Source of the DNA: Cycas panzhihuaensis
Lineage: Eukaryota > Plantae > Cycadophyta
Direction: 5' to 3'
DNA length: 64,000 bases
NCBI GenBank assembly: GCA_023213395.1
Contig: CM041465.1
Coordinates: 156,681,741-156,745,740, forward strand
Shown in pieces: positions 12,067 to 25,100 of this stretch (the first letter of the stretch is position 1; the number at the start of each line of letters is the position of its first letter). The position numbers were made by a program, and so were the translations under genes. The notes below the pieces were generated by a model. That model was not told where the DNA came from and searched no databases. It saw nothing but the letters and a program-made list of their open reading frames with translations.

Positions 12067-14250
12067 ATGCCACCTAAGAGGCCTTCGAAGGTGGAAGAGC
12101 CACAAAAGGATACTTCACCTAAGGGGAAAGAAACAAGTAGACAGAGAGCATTACGATGGTCAAAAGAGTCAAAATTGAGAAGGGCAAGAAGACTAAGTTT
12201 GCAGAATAACGAGACTAAGGGACAGTCCGTTGAAGAATCTGAGGCAAGTGGAGCCCAGACACCTCAGGAGTAAAGAGAGGAAAACAATGGCGAACAAATG
12301 GTATTAACACCAACCCCAATTAAGGATGACCTGTTTAGTCCGGAATATGAAGAAAAACCAAAGGTGAATAAGGAACATAAAGACACTCTAAAGAAGGAGG
12401 AGAGTATACTTGTGGAAGGCACCCCGAAGGACCTAAGTGATAACAGGAAGAAGGCGGAGAAAGGTCCCTCGGCGTATTGGGAAAACAAGTTAACAAGGCA
12501 ACTTTTTGAGGATTCATCAGACAGAGGGTCTGATCAATCATACATAACGGTTACACCATTGACAGTACAAGTGCCAGGTGTTCCAAAACCTATACACCTA
12601 AAGACACCATTTAAGAATCCATTATTTGGGAAGGATAATATTGTAGCAAGCACTCCAAACACACCTCAAAAGAGAAGGGTGAAGAGGAAGAGATAGATTC
12701 CCTTGAGGAGGAACAAGGTGAAGAATCTCCATTTAGCGGAACACCAGTATAGTCACCCAGGATGGACGACTACAGAGATTTTGGGAAATTGATTTTTAAT
12801 GACACCTCAGATGCAATAGAGCATGCATATTTGTTCTAAAATTTGATTGATGTAAAGAAAATTACGGATGAAAATGAAATAAAAGCCAGATTTGCTTGTA
12901 CATTGAGGGGAGTACCATTGGCATGGTACAAGGAGTTGAATAAGAAAGATTCATGGGCCAATATAAAGAAGTCTTTTGAGGAAGGGTTTTCAAAAATTTT
13001 GAAGTAATGAAGCAGTGAAAATTGCCTTGAGGGGAATCAAACAAAGACCGGGAGAATCGGTATTGACTTATATCAGCCGAATGAAAATCATTGCTGCCAA
13101 CATGATCAATGAGACCATCATAACATGAAGAATTATTTTGTCAAAGGATTAAATGAAAAGCTGAGATCTATGATGCATGCACATCCATTGAAGTCATTTA
13201 AGAATGCCCAAGATCTGGCGCTAGATTTCGAAGCAAAAATGGATGCTCAAGCGGGAGAACACAACCCCCTCCTATTAAGGTTACAAGAGGAGATAAGGGA
13301 AATGAAGGTAATCCAAAGATAACCGACCTTTCTGTCAAGTGGGAGTTTCAGAAGAGGAATCGGAAGTAGAAACTCTAAGAAAGGAAGTGGCAAGATTGAA
13401 AATGAGAAATAATAGAGAAGAGGAAGTGGCGAAAACGAAGAAAGACCGCGAATTCAAGGTTGAAAAATGGTGCCACATATGCGAAGAAAGTTCGCATACA
13501 ACAAAAGAGTGTGAAATTAATCCAAAAAATAGTGCAATGCACCAAAGGGACAAATGGTGCCACATATGTGATGTGGATAATCATATGACGAAGGATTGTT
13601 TTTACAACCCAAGAGGAAGATCGTACAGAGGACAAGGTAGGGGAGGAGGAGGCAACCCACCTCGAAATGTATACATGACAAGGAGTATGGGAGAATCATC
13701 GAGGAAGAAACAACCAATGGGGAGATGCCTCATATGTTTACAGTTCGGACATTGGAAATCAGAATGTCCAACTAAGCGGGAATACGAACAAAAACCGTTC
13801 GTGTGCAACAACTGTGGACCAAGTGAGCACAAAACGGAAGATTGCAAGGGAAAAGCTAAGGCTACCAATTTAATGACAATCAGACTGGAAAGCAAAAATG
13901 TAAAACTTCAAAAGAAGCAAAAGAAGAATGAGGAAGAGATGTATCCAAACCCACAAACGGAGATAAGCCGATTTCGACAAGCAAAACAAGTGTTAGAGGA
14001 ACTAGCTCAGACAGAGACTATGCTGCCAATGGAGAAACCTGGAACCAAGCACGTGTATGTGAGGAAAAATAAACAAAAAGAGAGAAAAATTACCGAAAAA
14101 ACAAGAAATACAGCCCCAAGTGGTGCAAATGGAAGAATTGTTCAAAGGATTACCAGTAGAGGATATTCCAAGAATGTTGTTGTTGATGGAGAATCTGGTG
14201 AAACAGTTGCAATTAACCATTCCTCTATGCCAAGTAATCGACTGGATTAA
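12067..14250 (+). pseudogene. gag: Gypsy gag with four CCHC zinc knuckles, disrupted
   Basis: Capsid motif TLRGVPLAWY near 12900. Knuckles CHICEESSHTTKEC, CHICDVDNHMTKDC, CLICLQFGHWKSEC, CNNCGPSEHKTEDC in ORF 13339-14250. Confidence 0.88.
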
Positions 14251-14620
14251 AGGAGGAATATTACAACGAGGAATCACCAAGAGTCTAAAGAAAGTGATGC
14301 CGTCATTCAACATGGATCCCATGGTGACAATTACGGTATTGGGAGAAACGTTTCCAAGGGTAATCATGGACGGAGTAGCGGCTGTGAATGTACTACCCAC
14401 CTCGACATGGCGGAAGTTGGGGAGTCCGAAGTTGGAAGCAGCAACCTATTCGTTAAAACTAGCCAATGAATTATTAGTGCAACCCGTGGGAAAACTGGCC
14501 AATATCAAGGTGGATGTGGCAGGAATTGTCATAAAGATCGATTTTACGATTGTGGAAACGGAGAAAGGTGCAACTCCTTATCCAGCCTTATTGGGGAGAC
14601 CTTGGCTATACAAGACCTAA
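14120..14620 (+). pseudogene. pol: Retropepsin-like aspartic protease
   Basis: VIMDGVAAVNVLP ... YPALLGRPWL. Confidence 0.85.
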
Positions 14621-15375
14621 TGTCTCCAAAATTGGAAAAATGTGACCTTTACCTTGTCAGATGGTGGGAATGAAGTAGTATTACCAATGTTGAGGAAGAA
14701 CTCCATTGAGGTGATACCTAACAACCTGTCAAGTACAATTGTTGTGAGTGAAGCAACAACCTCTTCATTTGCGAAGAGAATCTTTACCATACGGCCAAAG
14801 AACCTACCAAATTAATCGATCGCTAAGAAGCAGGACCGACTTACTTTGGAGAAATTTACAACTCTTCAGTCGATGAAAATGGGATGAGATTTATGGACTA
14901 CTGGTTACAAGATGCCTATGAAGTCAACCCCTCATCCTATAGGTGTAACCTAGTTTCTCGGAATGTAACTGAGGACATTGATATTAATTCTAAATCTGTT
15001 GATTATACAAGTATTAATAACAACATAAAAAACCTAGACCCAAACCCAAATCCCCCTTTTAACCCGAACCCTTACCCTAATTCACCTCTTGATACCCCAA
15101 CCCTCTCTAACCCTAACCTTCCCTCTACCTCCGGTGTGGGTCCTAAGGTAGATTGCCCTTCCCCACCGCCATCCCAGCCTGAGGAAGAAAGTAACAAACC
15201 TTCCTCATCTTCTTTAGAGGCACACCTACCCAGTGTAAGATCCTTTTCAACCATCAGCGCCAAATTTAAGGAAGAAGAAAAGGAACTTGCTGAGAGTATC
15301 CCTAGAGATTCCGGTCTAGGAAACAAAATTGCCACTCCATAAGATAGAAATCATGGAGAATACATTGGAGATTAT

Positions 15376-15756
15376 GTGAAGCCCTTTTATGAAGAACCAC
15401 TATGTGGAATTTCCCATTTGATACATTGTAAAGAACATTGGTTGGAAGAAGGAATAATAAACCAAGATCAATTAAGGGATCATAAGAAGAAACTGACAAA
15501 GCATACCACACTAAGGAAAAGGCGAAAAAAGACAAGGCACGACCACCACGACAAGACATCGTATTTCAAGAAGGGTGATCGAATATGGCAATTCAACAAC
15601 AAATCCCAAACAACCCTGGGAGAATTGAAGATGCATCGGAAAGGCCCATATATGATTGAGAAGGTGTACCAGAATGGCACTATCCAGTTGAAGAAATTAT
15701 CGTGCCGACTCACTGAAATGGTCAAGGGTAGTAAACTGAAACCCTATATCAATTAG
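15376..15756 (+). pseudogene. pol: Integrase C-terminal GPY/F (SH3-like) module only
   Basis: HD..FKKGDRIW..KGPYMIEKV..NGTIQL..GSKLKPY. No HHCC or DDE core upstream. Confidence 0.8.
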
Positions 15757-17725
15757 GGTGGAGCAACTTACCAGCCGAATCAGTTTGTTGTACTATAACG
15801 TGTTGCATGAAGTTGAGGCAAAATCGAATTGCCTTGATACCAGAACGTGATTCAGTTCGGTATGTAACATAAAATACAAAAAAATTAAAAAAACAGAAAA
15901 ACAACCGTAACTCATATCATACAAATAAGAAATATGGTAAAGCATGGAGGAAAGATATATTATCATACGGAAAATCAAGGGAAAGTTGAACAAAACAAGA
16001 CAAAGGCATTAAAAAAAAAAAGTGCCAATAGATGAGGATTTATTAACCAAAAATGGCGACCAAGCAATGGAGCAGAGGCAGCAGGGCCAGCCTTAGAACA
16101 GAGAGGGGGAGGAATACCCCAAATTTTGAAATTTTTGTTGAGCAAGGATGCTCAACCCAATCTTGTCGACCCAAGATAGATATTGGCACATATTTTGGCA
16201 CGTAGACCTTGAGGAAGATGGAATACAGGCTTATATTGACCAGAGGAATGCAAGTATGGACTGTATGGAGGTACGCACTGTGGAAAAAGGTGGAAAATAT
16301 GCAATCTGGGTATGTATGACAGATATGTACCTTGTTGGGTACGCATTACAGGATGCGTACCATTTTCGATACGCTAGCAGACAACAAGGTACATATGGAC
16401 AGATCTGACCCAAAGGCACCCAAAAATGATGACGTCAACCCAAAAGGACATATGTACAGATGTACGGATCAGAAAAGACACCATTAAGGAGACTTAATCA
16501 AGTGGTAAAGTGAAAGGGTACCTTGGTATGGTTATGACTTTGGGTCATAACCTTTCACCCACAAGGCATCAAAGGGACATATTTAATGATGCTTTGAGGA
16601 CCATTCCAGTGTGAGAGTCGAGTGATTCAATCCTATGGTATACTCTCTAGGGTGAGAGCCAAGTATTCAGACACTCAATGGTACGAAAGCCAATACGTAT
16701 GACAGTAGCCTAAAGCAGTGTATGATGTTGTGTACCATCTGGGTACGCATGTGACAGTAACAGTGTATGTGGCTGGAATGCACAGGGAATGCATTCCAGC
16801 ACCTTGTGTACAAAGACTTATTACTTACTAAAAGAAGAGTTACGTGGAAATACTAGTCTTATGTGTCCTATAAGGATTGGATGCTGAATATGTGCTGATT
16901 ATTGTATTGTTGTGTGAATTGTGATATGATTATGTGGAATTGTTAATAAATCTGTGTAATCTATATGGATGAATATGTTGACTGTATCCTAGACTAGACT
17001 ACCTGTGTTACCTTGACAAGTGTACCCTTCCCATAAGTGCAGTGGGAAACCAAAGTCAACAACCTTCCCGCACTTCTTGTCTCTAGTTGCAGCTATAACT
17101 CGCCAATTTGCATGCCCTTTTCTACTTCCTATTACGTACCACCTTAACAACAATAATTAACCAATCATTATCAAATGTCTCGTCAAATGGATATAATTGT
17201 TTATGAAAAGATCCTATGCATATAAATATGTCCTCAATTGTAACATTCAACATCACTTATTTATCAATCAATTTGTTGATCTTTTGACTATTAAAACTCT
17301 TAAAAGCTTTCGTGTGCCTTCATATTAATTTGGTGAATTCTCCAAGTTATGGAGTAGGTCTGTAACAAGTGGTATCGGAGCAAATTGGTCCTGCCTATAT
17401 TCTAGTTGGGTTCCAGTTCAATATCTCTTGTATGTTGGCTAATTATGGCTTATATAACAACATCTAATTAATGTAATATCTTTGCACTGAGGTGGATTCT
17501 TGTTGACTCAATTTGCATGCCTTCAATCCCCAAGAGAGGATATTACGATAATAATCTGCTTCTTCTCATTATAAGGTGGTATGCACATCTTTAATCAAGT
17601 GTTTTTAATAATTTGCTTATCATCATTATACCTTAACACAATCCATACATCTCAATCTTCTATTGACACAATCTCCATATCCCTCTCATATATTCGTTGC
17701 ATTTAGTTTTCATCTTCCACCTCCA

Positions 17726-20700
17726 TGTTAGAGTATAATGTTATATCCTAATTGTAAAAAGGGTAATGTTACAAAACTCTCTTTGTAACTCCCTCTTTTT
17801 GTCTGACACATGTTATGATTAGGAGAGTCGGTTACAATCCATTTTATAACGGTTGTATTGAATCACATATATTTCAAGAGACATTGTCTCAATGGAATAC
17901 AAGTCATCTTTTTCTACAATTCTCTGTTTGTGAATTTAACATGGTATTAGAGCAGGTTAGTTTGTCTGCCTGACAATGAAACTGCTATTGTAAGAAGAAT
18001 CTTGAGCCAGAACAAATCTAATCATTCTAGAACTCAAAGGAGGCATAAAGGACGTAAATTCCTAAAGTTGGAGACTGTAAATTTATTTTAGTACGGAAGT
18101 GTGCGGTCGTGTACGGACCTGTACGAGCGTTGTACAAACACCATTTTTCAAAAGTACTCAGATTTGAACGAAATTTTACCAGCAAGCTCGCCTTAGTACG
18201 GATGGCATTTTTCTCTTCAGGCACAAAGTCATTTGAGAGCATTTTGGAGGTGTTTCAACCAATTTTTTAATCGCATGGGTTTGAGGCTTATTTTCAAAAT
18301 TTTCTTGAAAATTCTCTAAATTTCTCAATTCAATCTGCTTGCATAATCTGAGTATCTTTATTTCAAAGAGTTTGAGACATATTTTTATAAAATTTGGTGA
18401 AAGATTTCAACATTTTTCGAGAAATTTTCTCTAAAACCCTAGCCACCCCTCTCTAGCTTTCGGGTTAAATATCTCTCTCTTTGAAGACTATTTTTAAAAA
18501 CTAATTATAGATTTGTGATGTACATGTGATTGCCTTTCTTTTGAGATATATATTGTTTCATTTTGTATAGTTAGGGTTTTGTACAAAATTCCATACAGTT
18601 GCACGAATAGAACAATTCAGAATTTTTTTTTTTTTTTCAGAATGGCCTCCACAATTTTGCCATTATCTAATCAAGACAAATTAACCAATACAAACTACTG
18701 CATCTGGAAAATCAAGATAGAAACTCTTTTGAGAGCTAAGAATGCAAGGAACATTGCAAATGGAACTGAAGCCCAGGCTGTTGCTACTAGTCCTGATCTG
18801 GCCAGCTGGATAGAGAGAGATAATACAGGTGTAATTATTCTTAAACTTGCAGTTTCAGATCCTCTGCTCGTATATGTAGGAAATTTAAATTCTTCATCTG
18901 CCATATGGACTTGTTTCAAAAACATGTATAGTCAAAAGAACAAGGCCAGAATAATAGCCCTTAAGGAGGAGTTATTTAACCTGCATATGAAGGAATCTGA
19001 CATTGTATCTACATTTATTCACAACGTTGTCTTGGTAAGAGATGATCTTTTGAGCGCAAGTGCTACTATTTCAGAGCAAGAATTGTTGGAGATGGTAGTA
19101 AGCAAGCTACCAAAATCATTTGACATGACCATCAACACCATTACAAGTAATAACCAGATTGGTAAAATGTCACTTGACACATTAATTTGTCTATTACTTA
19201 GATAGGAGCAGAGGAATAAGCCCTATGCTGACACAACAAAAATTGAAGATGCTTTTGTATCCAAATTGAACCTGGGTCCTAGAGGTAGAAGTCGATCACG
19301 TGGGAGAGGACATGTTCTGGATGCTAGAAGTCTAGCCTGTGGGAGATGGTAGGATAACAGAGAACGTGGTTGCTCGAGAGATACAAGAATCTGTTACAGT
19401 TACAGTAAGCCTGGACATCTCTCAAGCACATGTAGAGCCTTTGACCTTTGTTATCATTGTGGACAGTCAGGTCATGGTCCCTGTTAGTGTCCACAAAGAA
19501 GAGTAGATATTCAGAGAGGGAAATGTCTGGTTGGTAACTATAGCAAGAAGCAGACAAAAGAAGAGGAGGAAGAAACAACATTCACCACTGCTCTTTCTAT
19601 CGACCTACATGATTAGGAAGTTTGGTCTATTGACTTAGGTGCCTCCCATCACATGACCAATCGAGAAGATTGGTTTGAGGTAATAAAACCATATAATGCT
19701 AATAAATCTATTGAATTAGGAGATAAATATCCTCTAGATATAAAGGGAGTTGGTATCATAGCAATCAAGGTACAGGGCAATTTGAAAAGAAAGGGAATGT
19801 ATTACTTGTACTAGGCCTTAAAATAAATCTTTTGTCTATGTCACAACTTAGCAAAAAGGAGCTGAGAACTGTATTCAATGAAGAGGGCTACTGTTATATA
19901 ATGGATATGAAAAATGATAGCAATGTAATAGCCAAAGGCATAAGATGCAATGATCTGTACAAATTGCTTTCACCTAAACTGGGCATAAAAGTATGTACTA
20001 TTATAAATTCTGATAATAAAATTGGCATTTGAAGTATGGACATCTCCCTATAGATACATTGAAGTTGTTAGAAAAATCTAGTATGGTAATTGGTCTTCCT
20101 CCTATCACCTTTGAAAATTTTGTTTGTAGAGGTTGCCAGTTTGGGAAGCAGCATCGACTTCCATTAAAAGAAAGCAATCAGCACACCCAGAATAAATTGG
20201 AACTAATTCACACTGATTTATGTGGTCCCTTCACTCCACATTCAATTAATGGATGTAGATATTTTCTAACTTTCATTGATGATTTTACTCGAAAGGTATG
20301 GGTATACTTCCACCATAATAAGTCTGAAGTCTTTGAAATCTTCGAAGAATTCAAAGCAGAAGCAGAGTTAGAATCTGGAGCTAAAATAAAGTGCATTAGA
20401 TCAGATAGTGGTGGAGAATATATATCAAAGGACTTCCTGAATTTTTGCAAAATTAATGGGATGCGAAGGCAATTCACAACTCCCTATACCCCTTAATCAA
20501 ATGCGGTTGCTGAAAGGAAAAATAGAACCATCATGGAAATGGCTTGCAACATGATTTTTGAAAAGCAAATTTCAAAAACTTACTGAGCAGAAGCTGTCAA
20601 CATCGCCTATTATTTGATAAATCGAAGTCTTACAAAAGCACTGGAACAAATCACTCCGAAAGAAGCTTGGACAGGTATGAAGCCTGATGTAAGTAATTTA

Positions 20701-21205
20701 AAAGCTTTTGGATGTCAAGCTTTCATTAATATTTCTGATAAAAGAAGATCAAAACTCGATGCTAAGAGTATTGCATGTATCTTGATAGGATACAACAAAA
20801 ATTCAAAGGCATATAAATGCATAGATCCTAAGATTAACAAAATCTATGTAAGTAGAGATGTTGTGTTTAATGAAGACATTGACTAGGACAACAAATCTCA
20901 AATTAGACAAATTGAAGAGGGATCACAAGCAATACCTCAAGAGGACACTTTAGAAGAAACCTCAGAACTTACATCAAAAGAAATCTCTCAGACATCAGAA
21001 TCTTCACCAGTAGTGCATGAAGATTCAGTACAGGAGGAACATATAGCAGAAGAATCAACCACTGAAGAAGAATCAAGAGAAGAAAGGAAAGTACCAAGAT
21101 GGTACATCAAAACTATTGAAGAAGGAAAAGGGGATTTGTTCACACACAGAATCAAGAGTTGGAAACCACGAGCATTATACGACAATGTTGAGCCATAATC
21201 GTTTC
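17726..21205 (+). mobile_element. Ty1/copia 5' half (LTR 17726-17941, PBS 17942-17953, gag from 18642, PR, INT); same family as 54287-59457
   Basis: Colinear with 54287-57745 up to GAGCCATAATCGTTTC, where a gypsy LTR begins. ELIHTDLCGP and CIRSDSGGEY motifs present. RT, RNase H and 3' LTR absent. Confidence 0.92.
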
Positions 21206-21276
21206 TGTGTGTGGCGAAAAGATGACTACTATTTTGAATGCAACCGACAAGTAGAAGGTACAACTGATAGTATGAA

Positions 21277-21540
21277 CAGGTGCGACCAGGCATCCAACAG
21301 GTGCGACCAAATAGCCAAAGGCATGACCAGGCATCTAGTAGGTGCGACCAGACAACCAACAAGTGTGCCCAGGTTTCCAGTAGGTGCGACCAGGCAGCCA
21401 GCAGGTATGACCAGGTCTCCAGAAGGTGCGACCAGGCAGTTAGAAGGTGCGACCAGGTCTCCAACAACTGCGACCAGTCAACTAGCAAGTGAGATTGGAC
21501 AATAGTTGGTGCAACCAGGGTAGGGGTTGGTGCGACCAAG
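21277..21540 (+). repeat. 21-bp tandem array (~13 units, core AGGTGCGACCAGG) inside the LTR
   Basis: Units such as CAGGTGCGACCAGGCATCCAA and AAGGTGCGACCAGGTCTCCAA at 21-nt period. Confidence 0.92.
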
Positions 21541-22178
21541 GCAAAATTAGTTAAAGATAAAATGTAAAGCGATGTTGGTTAAATGACAAAATAGTTGTAA
21601 TAAGTAGTTACAACCATAGGTTTAGGAGATATAAATACCAGTCATTGTAAGAATGAATAGGTATGTATGTTCTCTACGTATTGTCATCTAACTACGGTTG
21701 TTTGTACACTGTCTTGGCCTATGTCTGGTTGTGAGAGGACCAGATGCAAAGCCCCATAGTAATGAAGGCTTGGTTCTTATGCTCAATTTCATTGTGTCTC
21801 TCTTTTGCTTGTAAATTTTTGTGAAGGCTAGTGTAAAATTGTTAGAGTAGAAGAGCAGACGTACATTGGTTCCGTTGCCGGGTATCCAATGCTGAAAGAA
21901 GAATGAACGCCCAACGATGAAAGGATAAGAGGGAACTGTCCATGCCACCAAAAGTCAATTTTGTAAAGAGGGTCGAAACCAGACAAGAACGGAGTCAACA
22001 CTGGGAGGCGGAGAGAAGCCAAGAGGGTATCCACAAACCTAAAGAGCCAGTAGAAAAGAAGCAAGTAAAAAGAAAGCCTGCGAGGGGCAGACGAGAGGAG
22101 AGTCAAACCCCAAGAGAATGAGAAAAAGATAGCAGAGAGAAGTAAGGCTCAGCAGAAATTTGGGAAGGAACCCAAGAA

Positions 22179-25100
22179 TTGCAGGCGAAAGTTCAACAAA
22201 GGTGGGCAGAGGATGAATTCCCCCAGGAGGTAGGAGAGGAGCAGGTGATTTCAGAGGAAAGGAAATCAATAAGCTTGGAGGTGTATAGTACCACTGTAGT
22301 AGGGTGGGACTGTCACATCTTGGATGTTAGGGACTCTCATTCCCATGTACTAAATCTGCTATTCAACAAGATGGCCGAAATGATTTTGGGATCAATATTG
22401 CTGGGAGGAAGCCTGGAGAGCATGAACAACACTCCTCTGAATCAAGGGGCAAGCAAGGGAGGAGAAACAAATTCAGCGATCCCAATAAGAAATGCAAGTA
22501 GAAATGTGCAGAGTGGACCAACTCCAGCAGGTCCGATAAACATGGCACAAGGGAATGCAGACAGAGGGAATCAGACAAACCCTCCATACGTCATTATTCA
22601 AAACGATGCGATGTTTGGGCATTTGGAATTTGATGGTTCGGGGGATCCAGGGGATCATTTGGCCCTCTTTTCCAATATGTTGAAAATAAAAAAGATTTGA
22701 GATCAGGAAGAAATTAAGGCTCGCTTTTTCTCAACATTAAGAGGGGTTGCAATAGCCTGGTATCAATACATTGCAATGACAAATCCAACATGGAAAACGA
22801 TCCAGATGCAATTTTTGGACAGGTTTCCAAGGTTGAGAGATCCAATGGCAATTTTTCAAGCCTTGGAGGAAATTTGGCAGATACTACATGAGTCAGTGAA
22901 TGATTTCGATGGTAGATTAAGAATCATTATGAACAAAATGGACCCTGCAATCCCTATGAATCCCATGCTTTCTTTGAAATATTTTGTTCAAGGGTTATTG
23001 CCCCAATTGAAGGAAAAAGTTGTGTTGCATCCGATGAAGAGTTATGAGCAAGTCAAAGACTTAGCTCTCGAATTTGAAAACCAGATGAAGACAGGGTACT
23101 TGCAGACAAGGTTTCCAAATGTCACACAGATCTCGACAAATATTTCTCAATGGGGGATAAACACCGAGGTAGAAATACTAAAGAAAGAAATTGAGGCATT
23201 AAAGTAGCAATCCTCTATGGTGCTCCCTAGGGCAACTCAACAAAATGAGGAAATTGAAAAATTGAAAGCAGAAATAGCTAAATTAAAGCTCAGGAAAATC
23301 TGGAAGAATGTATGGTGCCCTCCACCATTTGGACAAGCTGGGCATTTTCGTAGTAAACATCAACCAGCAATGGAGAGGAAATGGTGTGAAATATACAAAA
23401 GAGAGAACCATCACACCTGGGAGTGCTATTATAGGACACCAAGGTAGGAAACAAGGGAATCTTTCTATCAAAAGAAAGAAGGAAATTCGTTTAAGCAATA
23501 CAAAGGGAAAACAAAACCAATCTGCTATCATCTATGTTCGAGATGGGGTCATTTCCGAATAAAATGTCCATTACAAAATAAGATGTAGAATATATTTACA
23601 AGGAATGTGGTCCAACAGACCATGAGTGGGCTAATTATTCAAAGAATCCAAGCTTCAAGATACAAACTTTGAATCTGGCAACTAAAGTACCTGATGTGGA
23701 GCAAGTCGTCTATGCACAGACGAGAAGCGGCAAAGTAACTTCTACACCTGTAATAGAAAACTTCCTAGACCCAGCAGTGGAAAAACGAAGACTGCAAGAA
23801 GCGGTATAGGCCCTACAAGAGGCAATGAAGGTAGCCCAACAAGAAGAAATGAATCAGACAAATAGATATAAGGGGCAGTTATATCAGAGACAGACTAAAT
23901 TTCAAGAAGAATAGCTAGAAAAAAATCCATGGCAGAGATTGCAGATAGTGAAAGATTTAATGATGGAGTTAGGAATTTCAATTCCCATTGCAATTATTTT
24001 TAGATGGTGGGAGGCAGAATATTTTCAGCAAGTAATCCTAGACCAAATTGAGAAACTAGTGTTATGGGTCTTAACAGACTCCATTGATCCCAGAGTCCCA
24101 ATGACTCTCTTCGGGACAACAATTTGTAGAACTATTGTGGATGGGGGTTCGGCAGTAAATATACTCCCAGAAGTAACATGGATCTCTTTGGGATAGCCAG
24201 AAATGGTTTCCTTGGATTATGCAATAAGGTTGGCAAACCAATTGCAAGTAAGGCCGATGGAAACCTTACTGGAAACCCCAGTAACAGTTGCAGGTATTAT
24301 AGTTCATCTGGATTTTGCAGTGGTAAGAATGCAAAACCACAAGAAGACTTACCCAACCCGGCTTGGAAGACCTTGGCTGTTGGCCATGGAGGCATTATAG
24401 GATTGGGGAAGATTAACTTTCATCCTTCATGCTGTGGGAAAGAAAGTAGTATTGCCTCTATGTTCGGATGGACCTCGTATTGAAAAGGTAGAAGATGTAG
24501 AAACAACATTTGTAACAAAAGCATCACCGGCAACTACGACAAGCCCCTGTTCAGAGACAACATTTCAAGCATTCAAAACTCCACCCCATCTGTTGAGTGA
24601 AGCATCATCAACGTATATGTTAGACTAGCTATAGACAGCATGGGAAGGAGAAGGAACAGAAACTTCAAACTACTATCATCTAGAGTTATGCCAGGAAGAA
24701 GAAGCAGAAGAAAAGAAAGTTGAGCCTGCTGCACAAATTGAGCGTCAATTGGAAGATTCAGGTAACTCTAAAAAACTTGAGGAGTTACCTCAGTATGGAG
24801 GAAAACGAGGACAAGCAGAAGAACATGTAAAACGTTTTGCTAATTTCTTCAGAAAAAAAATTGATGATTGGCTATACTTATTTGCTTTGACTTTGAATGG
24901 ACAAGCTTTGGCTCGGTATAAAATGCATCAAACTCATTTTGTTGATTGGATAGAATTGAAGAGATTGTTTTTAATTCGTTTTCAAAATTTGAATGATGAG
25001 TTCCCAATATTCTAGAAAAATCCCAAACAACATATAGAAAGCTGTGTAAACACATGGCAGAGGGAGCACAAACCCAAAAGGGAATGAGCACCCTGTTTCC

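Larger units (their letters stand above)
11019..17061 (+). mobile_element. Non-autonomous Ty3/gypsy element (LTRs 11019-11926 and 16181-17061) lacking RT, RNase H and integrase core
   Basis: ~0.9-kb LTR pair, TSD ACCTT, PBS at 11928. Only gag, protease and the integrase C-terminus are recognisable. Confidence 0.93.

Noticed and set aside
14060-14250. Programmed frameshift between gag and protease
   Set aside because: Overlap lies in an A-rich tract of a decayed copy; a slippage mutation is equally likely.
18622-18644. Splice acceptor (poly-T then CAG) just before the gag ATG
   Set aside because: The sister copy near 55160-55180 has a shorter tract and AAG; probably homopolymer expansion.
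21277-21540. CRISPR-like array or real repeat proteins (ORFs 20988-21539, 21116-21505, 21280-21492)
   Set aside because: Head-to-tail 21-mers without unique spacers inside an LTR. The open frames are a by-product of a period divisible by three.
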